Below are positions 40,378-48,627 of a stretch of DNA of 64,000 bases, piece after piece. Origin of the DNA: Longimicrobiales bacterium (lineage in GTDB: Bacteria; Gemmatimonadota; Gemmatimonadetes; Longimicrobiales; Gaopeijiaceae); NCBI GenBank assembly GCA_041690395.1, contig JAWLHJ010000005.1:416001-480000 (forward strand). The letters are read 5' to 3'. The first letter of the stretch is position 1, and each line of letters opens with the position of its first letter. A model generated the notes under the pieces. The model had not been told where the DNA came from. It made no database searches and saw nothing but the letters and a program-made list of their open reading frames with translations. A program made the position numbers and the translations under genes.

Positions 40378-40522
40378 TCGAAAGTCGTTCGACTCTCGAA
40401 CGATCGCTCACGCCGTGTCATGATCACGCAGGCTTCGACAGGCCTGCTGTGGCACGGGGATTCGCCCGGGTGTCACCACCGGAGCTCTGCTCGATGTCGT
40501 TCGACTTTCGAACGACTTTCGA
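40378..40522. repeat. Dispersed inverted-repeat element (REPIN/MITE-like), copy 2
   Basis: TCGAAAGTCGTTCGACTCTCGAACGA (40378-40403) and TCGTTCGACTTTCGAACGACTTTCGA (40497-40522), separated by 93 bp. Confidence 0.9.
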
Positions 40523-40592
40523 GGCTCTTGCGGAAGGGCTCGCGCCCTGGATCTTGCTTGCGGTAGATCACTCGGGACCGGTACGATCAAGG

Positions 40593-41339
40593 ATGGTCAG
40601 GGTGACGAAGGCCGCGCTCCTCGCGGGCGTGGCGATCTGGGGCTGGGGCGGCGAGCTCTCTGCGCAGACGACCGGCTCACTCATCGGCGTGGTGGTCGAC
40701 GACGTGACGCTGGCTCCCATCGAGGGCGCGGACGTGTCGCTCGGCGACTTCTCCGACCGAACCCGTACCGACGAGAGCGGCGAGTTCACGCTCGAGGGCG
40801 TTCCGGCCGGGACCGCCTACCTGCGCATCGAGCGTGAGGGGTACGTCACTTCGGTCGAGAGCCTGGAGGTGCATCCCCTGGAGACGTCGCTCCTCCAGTT
40901 CCGGATGCAGCGGCTCGGGGCGGTGCTCGGACGGCTGTTCGTCGGCGTCGACGACGGGCGCAGCCGCGGCCATACGGAGTCGTCGCTGGTTGCCGACGAC
41001 GGGATGAGCACGGCCAGCGACATCCTGATGCGGAGAGTGCCGGGGCTCTCCGTGTCGCGGGTGACCGGAGGCGCGGGATCGGGCCTGTCGGTACGGTTGC
41101 GGGGCGTGAGCACCATCGAGCTCACGACGCAGCCGGCCATCTACCTCGACGGAGTCCGCATCGACGGCGGCGGGACCGGGGAGGCGATGAAGGCGCTCGA
41201 CCAGATCCCGGCGGCCGCGGTGAGGCGCATTCGCATCCTCCGGGGACCCGCCTCGACGTCACGCTACCCGGACGGCGCCTCGGGCGTGATCCTGATCGAG
41301 ACGGTGGAGTCCGGTCAGTCGAACCCCGGCGGTCCCTGA
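40593..41339 (+). CDS. CarboxypepD_reg-like + TonB-receptor plug domain protein lacking a barrel
   Basis: GVVVDD...PIEGADV...TDESGEF, then VRLRGVSTI...PAIYLDG...IRILRGPAS...GVILIET, then stop. Confidence 0.75.
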   Translation: MVRVTKAALLAGVAIWGWGGELSAQTTGSLIGVVVDDVTLAPIEGADVSLGDFSDRTRTDESGEFTLEGVPAGTAYLRIEREGYVTSVESLEVHPLETSLLQFRMQRLGAVLGRLFVGVDDGRSRGHTESSLVADDGMSTASDILMRRVPGLSVSRVTGGAGSGLSVRLRGVSTIELTTQPAIYLDGVRIDGGGTGEAMKALDQIPAAAVRRIRILRGPASTSRYPDGASGVILIETVESGQSNPGGP

Positions 41340-41791
41340 CGCTCTTCGACGCGCTTCCGGGCCTCCGCGAGGTACCCCGGCTTGATGTGGAGGAGGTGCG
41401 AGATCTTGCGCATGAGGTAGTGCTCCTTCTCGAGGAGCTCCCCGTCCGAGTACACGAGTCCCCACATGATCTCGGCGAGCAGCGTCTTCTGCGCGAGCGA
41501 GTAGTGCCGGTCGATCAGGCTCGTGAACTGCCAGAAGTCGACGGCCTGACGCCGCTCCGCTTCGGCGAGGCGGAGGAGCTCCTCCGCCTGGTCCGGATCG
41601 ACGCCGAAGTGGCGCCGGACCGCGGCCTCGACGTGCTCCCGTTCCTCCTCGGAAAACTCGTCGTCGGCGTGGGCGAGCTCGAGCAGGAGCGCGCATGCCG
41701 CCAGCTTGAGGTCCGGGGGCGGGCCGCCGGCATCGACTGGCTCCTCGGGATCCATGGAGCGTCGGAAGAAGCGTGTGATGGCGTCGAGCAT
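41315..41791 (-). CDS. TerB-family (tellurite resistance-like) protein
   Basis: AACALLLELAHADDEFSEEE, FWQFTSLI, MWGLVYSDG...EHYLMRKISHLL. Confidence 0.85.
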   Translation of the reverse strand: MLDAITRFFRRSMDPEEPVDAGGPPPDLKLAACALLLELAHADDEFSEEEREHVEAAVRRHFGVDPDQAEELLRLAEAERRQAVDFWQFTSLIDRHYSLAQKTLLAEIMWGLVYSDGELLEKEHYLMRKISHLLHIKPGYLAEARKRVEERQGPPGFD

Positions 41792-41802
41792 GGTGTCTCC
41801 TG

Positions 41803-44460
41803 TCAGCGTCCGGTGAGCGCCTCCACCGGGTCGACCCGCGCGGCCCGGCGCGCGGGCACGTACGACGCTATCGCCACCACGACGCCGAGTACAGCCGTGG
41901 CGATCAGGAGCGCGGCGGCATCGAGCGGTTCCACACCCATCGTGAAGGCTCCGGCGTTCGGTGCCACGACCGCGACGGCCAGGGCGCCCAGCGCGAATCC
42001 GACCGCCACCGTCGCGAGAACACGGCCGGTGACGAGCCGGATGACGCGCCCCGGCTCGGCGCCCAGCGCGATGCGGAGCCCGATCTCGGAGCGGCGCCCC
42101 GCCACCGTCAGCGAGACGATCGTGTAGATGCCGATGCTGGCCAGAATCAGGGCGAGCAGCGAGAAGAGGCCGAGCACCCCGGTCGCCAGCCGCGGCCCCG
42201 CGAGCGCCGCTGTCAGGTGGCCCCGCATGGTGTCGAGACGGTCCACGGGCAGCCGGGGGTTCAGCTCGCGAAGCGTCGAGCGCATGACGGGCAGGAGCGA
42301 GGCGGGATCCACGTCAGCGCTCACCACGAAGGTGGGCGCATCGACGGCGGACTCGGGCATGGCATAGTAGAGCATGGGAAGGTCGGGACCGCCCAGGTCG
42401 CCCACCGTGACGTCGGAGACGACGCCCACGACCTGGACCCATGCGTCGGGCGCTCCCTGCGGCCGGACGCGCCCCCCGATCGCCGCGTCGGGGTCGCCCC
42501 AGAAGCGGCGGGCGGCCGTCTCGTTCACGATGACCGACTGGCGCGGGCCGATGCGGTCGTTGGGTCCGTAGCCTCGTCCGGTGACGACCGACATGCCGAC
42601 GGTCTCGAAGTAGCCGGGACTGACGTACGCGAACGGGAGCTCTACGGACCCGGTGCCCACCTGCGGGTCGTACCCTTCCACGACCGTCGTCGTGCTGCCG
42701 CCCCCCGACACCGGGATCCGCGTGGTGAGCGCCACGGACGACACGCCCGGGATCGCCTCGAGCCGCTCGATCAGGGTGGCGGCCGTGGCCTGGCGGCTCT
42801 CTGGCTCGATTCCGGCCTGCGAGAACGTGGTCCTCAGCAGGGCGAGGCGGTCGACCTCCACTCCCGTGTCGATCTGTTGATAGCGGGCCAGCCCGCTCAC
42901 CATGAGGCTCGCCCCCACGACCAGCACTACGGACGCCGCGACCTGGACAGCCACCATGCCGTCGCGGAAGAGGAACGCGCGTCGGTTGCCAGAGACGGCG
43001 GTCTCGTCCCGGAGCGCCCCGGCCACGTCCGTACGTAGCGACTGCAGCGCCGGCGCCCATCCGAAAAACACGCCGGTACCGACCATGAGTGCGACAGCGA
43101 ACAGCCCGACCTGCGGGTCGAGGCTCACGTCGAGGGCGCCGCCTCCGGCCGGGCTCGGGATGGTGCGCATGACGGAGATCAGCCACCCGGCGAGCACCAA
43201 CCCGACCCCGCCCCCGAGCAGGGAGAGGAGCAGCCCTTCGGACACGAACAGGCCGGCGACCCGCCCCTGGCCCGCGCCGAGCGCGCGCCGCACCGCGATC
43301 TCCGGCCCGCGCGCCATCCCGCGGACGAGGAGGAGGCTGCCCAGGTTCGTGGCCGCCAGCACCAGCACCAACCCGACGATGCCCATGATCGCCGCGGCGA
43401 CGGCCCGGATGTTGGCGTCCTCCGAGGGATGGACCCGCACGTCGGTGGCCGGGAAGACCGTGATGCCGCGCCCCTCGTTGAGCTCCGGGAACCCTTCGGC
43501 CAGCCGCAGGGCGAGCGCGTCCATGGCCTCCCGGGCCCGCGTGAGGGTGACCCCGTCGGCGAGGCGGGCCCGGACGTCGTACCAGTGGTCCTGCCTTCGC
43601 TCGAGATTCGTGACGCGGTAGCTGCCGCCGACGGGCGTGCTCGAGATCGAGAGCCAGAAGTCCGTGACCGCGAAGCCGAAAACGCCGTTGAAGTCCCGCG
43701 GCCCGACCCCGATCACCTCGACCGGCTGCCCGTTGAGCTCGATTGTCCGCCCGATCAAGCCGGCGTCCGAGCCGAACCGGCGTTCCCAAGCGGCGTGGCT
43801 CACCACCGCGAAGTGACCGGCGCCGACCTCGTCCATTCCCGTGTCGAACCAGCGACCCCGGTGGGGCGTGAGTCCGAGCGTGGGCAGCAGCGTCGACGTC
43901 GTGTACTCGATGGCTACGGACTGCGTGCCCTCTCCGACCGTGAGGTTGGCGGATTCGGGGGACGTGGCTCCGACCGCCGCGAAGACGTCCGTCGTGGCCA
44001 GCATGTCGAGGTACGCCGGGTACGAGGTCGATGCCGGCTCGCCGTCGTCGGAGTCCTGGTAGACGTGGACTACCCGCTCGACGTCGGCGTAGGGCGGCCG
44101 CTCGAAGAGCGCAGCGTGGACCAGCGCGAACATCGCCGTGTTGGCGCCGATGGCGACCGCGACGATCGCCACGGCGCCCAGCGTGAAGAGCGGCGTCGCG
44201 CGTAGTCTCCGCAGCGCGTATCCCATGTCCTGAACCCATCCACGCATGCCACCCCTCCCGCTCCGGTTCTCGATCAGCCCACTCGTGGTCCAGGTCCGGG
44301 CCACGTCCCACAGCGTCGCGGCCACCACGACGGCAAGACTCATCGCGCTCCCGGACCGTGCTCGTTCCAACCGCGCCGCGACGAGCGCCTCCATCTCGGC
44401 GCCGTGCTCGTGACGGAGCCCTGCCGGGTACAGCGAGCAGAGGACCCGCGCGAGCCTCAT
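41803..44460 (-). CDS. ADOP-type duplicated ABC permease (module 2)
   Basis: QDMGYALRRL, AIGANTAMFALV, EIAVRRALGA, GIYTIVS...RRSEIGLRIALGA, PARRAARVDP. Overlaps the PadR stop. Confidence 0.93.
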   Translation of the reverse strand: MRLARVLCSLYPAGLRHEHGAEMEALVAARLERARSGSAMSLAVVVAATLWDVARTWTTSGLIENRSGRGGMRGWVQDMGYALRRLRATPLFTLGAVAIVAVAIGANTAMFALVHAALFERPPYADVERVVHVYQDSDDGEPASTSYPAYLDMLATTDVFAAVGATSPESANLTVGEGTQSVAIEYTTSTLLPTLGLTPHRGRWFDTGMDEVGAGHFAVVSHAAWERRFGSDAGLIGRTIELNGQPVEVIGVGPRDFNGVFGFAVTDFWLSISSTPVGGSYRVTNLERRQDHWYDVRARLADGVTLTRAREAMDALALRLAEGFPELNEGRGITVFPATDVRVHPSEDANIRAVAAAIMGIVGLVLVLAATNLGSLLLVRGMARGPEIAVRRALGAGQGRVAGLFVSEGLLLSLLGGGVGLVLAGWLISVMRTIPSPAGGGALDVSLDPQVGLFAVALMVGTGVFFGWAPALQSLRTDVAGALRDETAVSGNRRAFLFRDGMVAVQVAASVVLVVGASLMVSGLARYQQIDTGVEVDRLALLRTTFSQAGIEPESRQATAATLIERLEAIPGVSSVALTTRIPVSGGGSTTTVVEGYDPQVGTGSVELPFAYVSPGYFETVGMSVVTGRGYGPNDRIGPRQSVIVNETAARRFWGDPDAAIGGRVRPQGAPDAWVQVVGVVSDVTVGDLGGPDLPMLYYAMPESAVDAPTFVVSADVDPASLLPVMRSTLRELNPRLPVDRLDTMRGHLTAALAGPRLATGVLGLFSLLALILASIGIYTIVSLTVAGRRSEIGLRIALGAEPGRVIRLVTGRVLATVAVGFALGALAVAVVAPNAGAFTMGVEPLDAAALLIATAVLGVVVAIASYVPARRAARVDPVEALTGR

Positions 44461-44795
44461 GCGCGCTCCCCGGCCACCCTCACCTTGGCCAGGTCCACCA
44501 GCCGCCCCAGCCGCGCCACCTCCGCTTCGAGCAGCGCGCGCCCCGACTCCGTGAGCCGGTAGTACTTGCGCCTGGGGTCCGCGTCCTCGTCCGGTGGTGA
44601 CGCGGGCGCCACCAGTCCGCCGTCCCGCATCTCGTCGAGCGAGCGGTACAGCGTGCCCGGGCCGAGCGTGACCGCACCCTCGGAGGCGGCCTCGACCTCG
44701 TCGGCGATGCCGAGCCCGTGCCGCGCCGCCGTCGAGAGCGCGAGTAGGATGTGGAAGACCGGGGGACGCAGGGGCAGATCCATCGTGTCGGGCAT
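44457..44795 (-). CDS. PadR-family transcriptional regulator (module 2)
   Basis: FHILLAL...HGLGI...LGPGTLYRSL...RRKYYRLT..GRALL.AE. Confidence 0.92.
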   Translation of the reverse strand: MPDTMDLPLRPPVFHILLALSTAARHGLGIADEVEAASEGAVTLGPGTLYRSLDEMRDGGLVAPASPPDEDADPRRKYYRLTESGRALLEAEVARLGRLVDLAKVRVAGERA

Positions 44796-44812
44796 CGAGG
44801 CTCCGTGTTGAA

Positions 44813-44853
44813 GTATCCGCAACAGATATATCTACAGCGGATACATATGTCAA
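44813..44853 (-). promoter_or_regulatory. PadR-2 promoter overlapped by a 32-bp palindrome
   Basis: GTATCCGC-AAC-AGATATATCT-ACA-GCGGATAC (44813-44844). Minus-strand TTGACA (44853-44848)-N17-TATATC. Confidence 0.75.
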
Positions 44854-44953
44854 ACGAGGCGTCTGGCCCTGGAGCGTCACGCGAGACGTTGCCCGGCGCC
44901 CCGACCGTGGCCCATGATGCGGTACCGTGCCCGCAGCCATCAGAGGAGTCGTC

Positions 44954-46168
44954 GTGTCCCAGCCGCTCACCGTTCTTCCATCCCGCCGGCGGCACTCCCG
45001 CCGCCGCCTTGCCGCGCTTGGCGTCACCGTTCTGGCGCTCGCCGCGTGTGGCCCCGAGGCCGACCCGGCGGCACGCAACGCCGAGAGCTCGGCCGCCGTC
45101 GCGGATGCACCCGTGGCCGAGCCCGACCACGTGGTCGAGGCCGTGCCCGAGAACCTGCACTGGGGGTGGTTCCCGACGGACGCCGAGCCGGTGCTTCGGA
45201 TGACCTCGGGTGAGACCGTGCGGATCGAGACCATCACGCACGCCGGCGCCACGCAGGACGAGCATCCTGTCGCGTATCTGGAGGCGCTCGGCGTGCCGCG
45301 CGATCAGGTCCTCGATCAGGTCATCGCGTTCTGGGAGGATCGGGAGGGACGGGCGCGCGAGGGCCGGAGCGGTCACGTGATCACCGGTCCCGTCTACGTG
45401 GAGGGAGCCCGTCCGGGCGACGTCCTCGAGATCCAGATCCTCGACGTCGAGACCCGCGTCCCCTGGGGGATCAACAACACGAGCTCGCGCGGAGGCGTCT
45501 TCTCGGCCTCGTATCCCGGCTACCGCGACGGTGACCCGGAGCTCGACATCCCGCCGGGCACCCGGCACCTGATCCGGACCGGTATGTCGGGCGGGCGCGA
45601 AGTCGCGTTCTACCCGAACGGCATCGAGGTCCCGCTGGAGCCCTTCATGGGCATCCTGGCCGTCGCGCCCGACCCGGTCGTGGGCCAGCCCGGCGTGACC
45701 GTGCCCGGCGTCCAGAGCTCGAGGCCTCCGGGACCGTTCGGCGGCAACCTCGACGTGAAGGACCTCGCCGCGGGGACCACGCTGTACCTACCGGTCTTCC
45801 AGGAGGGCGCGCTCTTCTACGTCGGGGACGGGCACGGGGCCCAGGGCGACGGAGAGGTGAGCGGTACCGCCGTGGAGCAGTCTCTCACCGGCACGTTCCG
45901 GCTGGTGCTCCACCAGGATCGCTCCCTGACGCTCCCGCGTGCCGAGAACGCCACGCATCACATGCTCATGGGCATCGCGCTGGATCTCGACCGCGCAGCG
46001 CGTGACGCCACCTGGGAGGTCGTCGACTTCCTGGTGGAGGAGCACGGGCTCACGCCGGCCGAGGCGCTGTCGCTCGCGAGCGTGGCCGTCGACTTCCGCG
46101 TCAGCGAGGTCGTCGACCTGACGCAGGTCGTCACGGGGTACGTGCCGAAGGCCATCTTCCCGGAGTAA
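44954..46168 (+). CDS. Acetamidase/formamidase-family protein, predicted lipoprotein
   Basis: HVITGPVYVEGARPGDVLEI, GGNLD, LYLPV...GALFYVGDGHGAQGDGEVSGTAVE; lipobox LALAAC. Confidence 0.9.
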   Translation: MSQPLTVLPSRRRHSRRRLAALGVTVLALAACGPEADPAARNAESSAAVADAPVAEPDHVVEAVPENLHWGWFPTDAEPVLRMTSGETVRIETITHAGATQDEHPVAYLEALGVPRDQVLDQVIAFWEDREGRAREGRSGHVITGPVYVEGARPGDVLEIQILDVETRVPWGINNTSSRGGVFSASYPGYRDGDPELDIPPGTRHLIRTGMSGGREVAFYPNGIEVPLEPFMGILAVAPDPVVGQPGVTVPGVQSSRPPGPFGGNLDVKDLAAGTTLYLPVFQEGALFYVGDGHGAQGDGEVSGTAVEQSLTGTFRLVLHQDRSLTLPRAENATHHMLMGIALDLDRAARDATWEVVDFLVEEHGLTPAEALSLASVAVDFRVSEVVDLTQVVTGYVPKAIFPE

Positions 46169-46173
46169 GGCGC

Positions 46174-46216
46174 CACGCGGCCGGCCCGGAGCCGAGGTCG
46201 GCTGCCGGCCCGCGTG
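46174..46216. terminator. Hairpin between convergent genes
   Basis: CACGCGGCCGGC...AGCCGA-GG-TCGGCT-GCCGGCCCGCGTG imperfect stem between the stops at 46168 and 46222. Confidence 0.4.
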
Positions 46217-46221
46217 CCAGA

Positions 46222-47199
46222 TCAGGGGGCGGGCGGGACGGGCACGGCCACGCGCTGGTTGCGCACGAGCCAGCGACCGTCGATTCGCATGGGGAGCGGC
46301 TCGCCGGAGAGTGGCTCGGCGGCCGTTCCCGGAGTCTGCGCATGGATGTGGAGGTGCGGCTCGTCGGTGTTGCCGTTGTTCCCGACCCGGGCGATCTCGC
46401 TCCCGACGCGGACTTCTGCGCCGGGCTCCACCAGGACCGAGCCCTCCATGAGGTGCCCGAGCACGATCCACGCGTCGTCGCATCGGAGAATCACGTGGTT
46501 CCCGGCCATGTGCTCGCGGTCGCGCTCCGGGACGGGTAGGTCCGCGAGGTCGTCCCGGGCCCGGACCACCACGCCCGAGCAAGGAGCCACGACCGGGGTG
46601 CCGAAGATCGCGTAGCTCGCGGGGTCGGCCGGCTGGAGGCCCTCGAGCCGCGAGCCCCAGCCACCCACGGCGACCAGGTCCACCGCGTAGCTCTGGCCAC
46701 GATACTGACGGTACCGGGGGGTCGGGTCGAGCGTGTGGACGTGCGCGTTGACCGTCGTGTTGGCGCCGCCGTTGGCCACAAGGAAGACGCCCGTGGAGAG
46801 CGGGAACGACAGCTCCACCACGCGCGGCTCGTCGATGGGGATGCGCCCCGCCAGCGCGCGTCCCGCTCCAGCGAGCAGCACGACGGCCAGCGCGGCCCGC
46901 GCGTAGACACCGATTCGGGTTGCCCAGGTCCGGGAGGGCCAGGTCCGAGACTCAGGCCCGATGCGTCGCCACCCGACGACCGCCGTGACCACCCAGAGCG
47001 CCGCCCAGATCCACAGCAGCCCGAGCGGGAGCGCGAGCCACAGGCCGGCGAGCCCGGTCGCGAGCAGCAGGGCACCAAGGGCGAGCACGTGGGTGAGCCA
47101 GCCGACACGGGTCGGCCTCGGCCCGACGAGGGTCCATGCCATCCACAGGGGCGGGACGAGCCCCTGGACGATCAGCGGAATCCAGACTTGTGGCGTCAC
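46222..47199 (-). CDS. Membrane-anchored M23-family metallopeptidase
   Basis: YAVDL, GNHVI, LGHL..GS..V..G, VGNNGNTDEPHLHIH; several N-terminal TM helices. Confidence 0.85.
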   Translation of the reverse strand: MTPQVWIPLIVQGLVPPLWMAWTLVGPRPTRVGWLTHVLALGALLLATGLAGLWLALPLGLLWIWAALWVVTAVVGWRRIGPESRTWPSRTWATRIGVYARAALAVVLLAGAGRALAGRIPIDEPRVVELSFPLSTGVFLVANGGANTTVNAHVHTLDPTPRYRQYRGQSYAVDLVAVGGWGSRLEGLQPADPASYAIFGTPVVAPCSGVVVRARDDLADLPVPERDREHMAGNHVILRCDDAWIVLGHLMEGSVLVEPGAEVRVGSEIARVGNNGNTDEPHLHIHAQTPGTAAEPLSGEPLPMRIDGRWLVRNQRVAVPVPPAP

Positions 47200-47420
47200 G
47201 CGGCCCTCCTCGAATGCGGTACATCGAGACTAACGGAGGACACGATTGCCGGGTGTCGGGAATCCTCCTCCGCCTGGTGTAGTGGCTTTCCTGCCGGGCA
47301 CGATGGGCATGCACCTTGCAGCTTCCTGGTGACGCAAGCGTCGAAGCCGGCGCGCGGGCCACACCCCGCTCCGGCACCCCCCTCGTCGCAACTTCTTATC
47401 CAATGCGAGTGAGGTGAGAC

Positions 47421-47858
47421 ATGGGACGCGATCGGGACAGGAGCACACAGGGGTCGACCGAGGCCATCTCCATCGTCGGCCCCGGCATGACGTTCGTCGG
47501 GGACTGCGAGACCGAGGGGACCATCCGCGTGGAGGGTCGCCTGGAGGGCTCCATTCGTGCCGGGCGCACCGTGGTCATCGGTCCGGACGGCATCGTGACC
47601 GGGGACGTGCGGGCCCGTGACGCGACCGTGGCCGGCACGATCAAGGGCACGCTCATCGCGGAGTCCAAGCTCGACCTGCAGGAGACGTGTCGTCTGGACG
47701 GCGAGGTGTACGCCCGCTCGGTGCGCGTCGGCGAGGGCGCGGTCGTCAACGCCGCCGTGCACATGGGCGAGGACGCCGTGGCCAGGGTGACGGGCGGTGA
47801 CAGGGCGAAGGGGCCGAAGCTCCACGACGAAGAGCTCGCGGGCGCTGCGAGCGCGTAG
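47421..47858 (+). CDS. Bactofilin (polymer-forming cytoskeletal protein)
   Basis: SIVGPGMTFVGD....GTIRVEGRLEGSI...VVIG..G.V.GDV.A....V.G.I.G beta-helix pattern. Confidence 0.9.
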   Translation: MGRDRDRSTQGSTEAISIVGPGMTFVGDCETEGTIRVEGRLEGSIRAGRTVVIGPDGIVTGDVRARDATVAGTIKGTLIAESKLDLQETCRLDGEVYARSVRVGEGAVVNAAVHMGEDAVARVTGGDRAKGPKLHDEELAGAASA

Positions 47859-47886
47859 CGGGGGCCAGCCGACCGGGGGCGAATCG

Positions 47887-48129
47887 GTGAGCGACGATCT
47901 CGATGACGACTTCGAAGACGAACTCGGAGAAACTTTCGCGGAGCTCGAAGGGGCGCTCACCGTGTGGTGTCCGTACTGCGGGGAGCCGGTCGAGCTGCTC
48001 GTCGATCCCGGCGGCGGCGCGCACCAGGAGTACGTCGAGGACTGCGAGGTGTGTTGCCGGCCCTGGCGCGTCGAAGTGCGCTTCGGGCGGGACGGCACAC
48101 CGGAAGCCGAAGTGAGCACGCTCGACTGA
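47887..48129 (+). CDS. CPXCG-motif cysteine-rich protein
   Basis: CPYCGE...QEYVEDCEVCCRPW. Confidence 0.88.
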   Translation: MSDDLDDDFEDELGETFAELEGALTVWCPYCGEPVELLVDPGGGAHQEYVEDCEVCCRPWRVEVRFGRDGTPEAEVSTLD

Positions 48130-48208
48130 GCGGGGCGGGGCGCGTCCGGCGATCGCCGGCCCGCCGGTGACGAGGCACCCCCTGAAACCAACCCTCGGCC
48201 CCGTCCGT

Positions 48209-48236
48209 AATGCTATGTAGAAAACGGCATTCATAG
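48209..48236 (+). promoter_or_regulatory. Candidate PadR-3 operator
   Basis: AT-rich patch with CTATG-N14-CATAG (48213-48236) and AATGC...GCATT dyads upstream of PadR. Confidence 0.4.
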
Positions 48237-48300
48237 GTCGGGGAGTCGTGGTCGGCGCATGTGCACCGGTCCCCCCCTGGCCGCCTGGTCCGGGGATGGG

Positions 48301-48624
48301 ATGGGGGATCCGAGGATGACGCAGGTGACCGCGCTGGTGCTGCGCGCCGTCGCCGCGGGACACGCGTTCGGCTTCGACGTGATGGAGCGGTGCGGGCTTC
48401 CCAGCGGTACCGTGTACCCTGCGCTTCGACGCCTCGAGCGGGCCGGCTGGCTCGCCGCGGCTTGGGAGGATGCCGACACCGCGCACGCCGAGGGACGCCC
48501 GAGACGGAGGACCTACGCGCTCACCGAGCGCGGCCGCCGGGGCATGCCCGAGGCGGAGGCCAAGATCGCCGAGGTGGAGCGGGTGCTCCGCGACGCACCG
48601 GGGCCGGACGCGCGGGAGGCCTGA
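48301..48624 (+). CDS. PadR-family transcriptional regulator (module 3)
   Basis: FGFDVMERCGLPSGTVYPALRRLE..GWL...WE...GRPRRRTYALT. Start may be 48316. Confidence 0.9.
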   Translation: MGDPRMTQVTALVLRAVAAGHAFGFDVMERCGLPSGTVYPALRRLERAGWLAAAWEDADTAHAEGRPRRRTYALTERGRRGMPEAEAKIAEVERVLRDAPGPDAREA

Positions 48625-48627
48625 GCG

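Noticed and set aside
40378..40522. Recurrent peptides SKVVR.SN / SFDFRTTFE in several track ORFs as a protein repeat
   Set aside because: These are translations of the DNA repeat in arbitrary frames and on both strands; the conservation is at the nucleotide and palindrome level.
41315..41791. TerB gene as part of a ter or anti-phage island
   Set aside because: It is a solitary TerB-like gene with no other ter or defence genes nearby.
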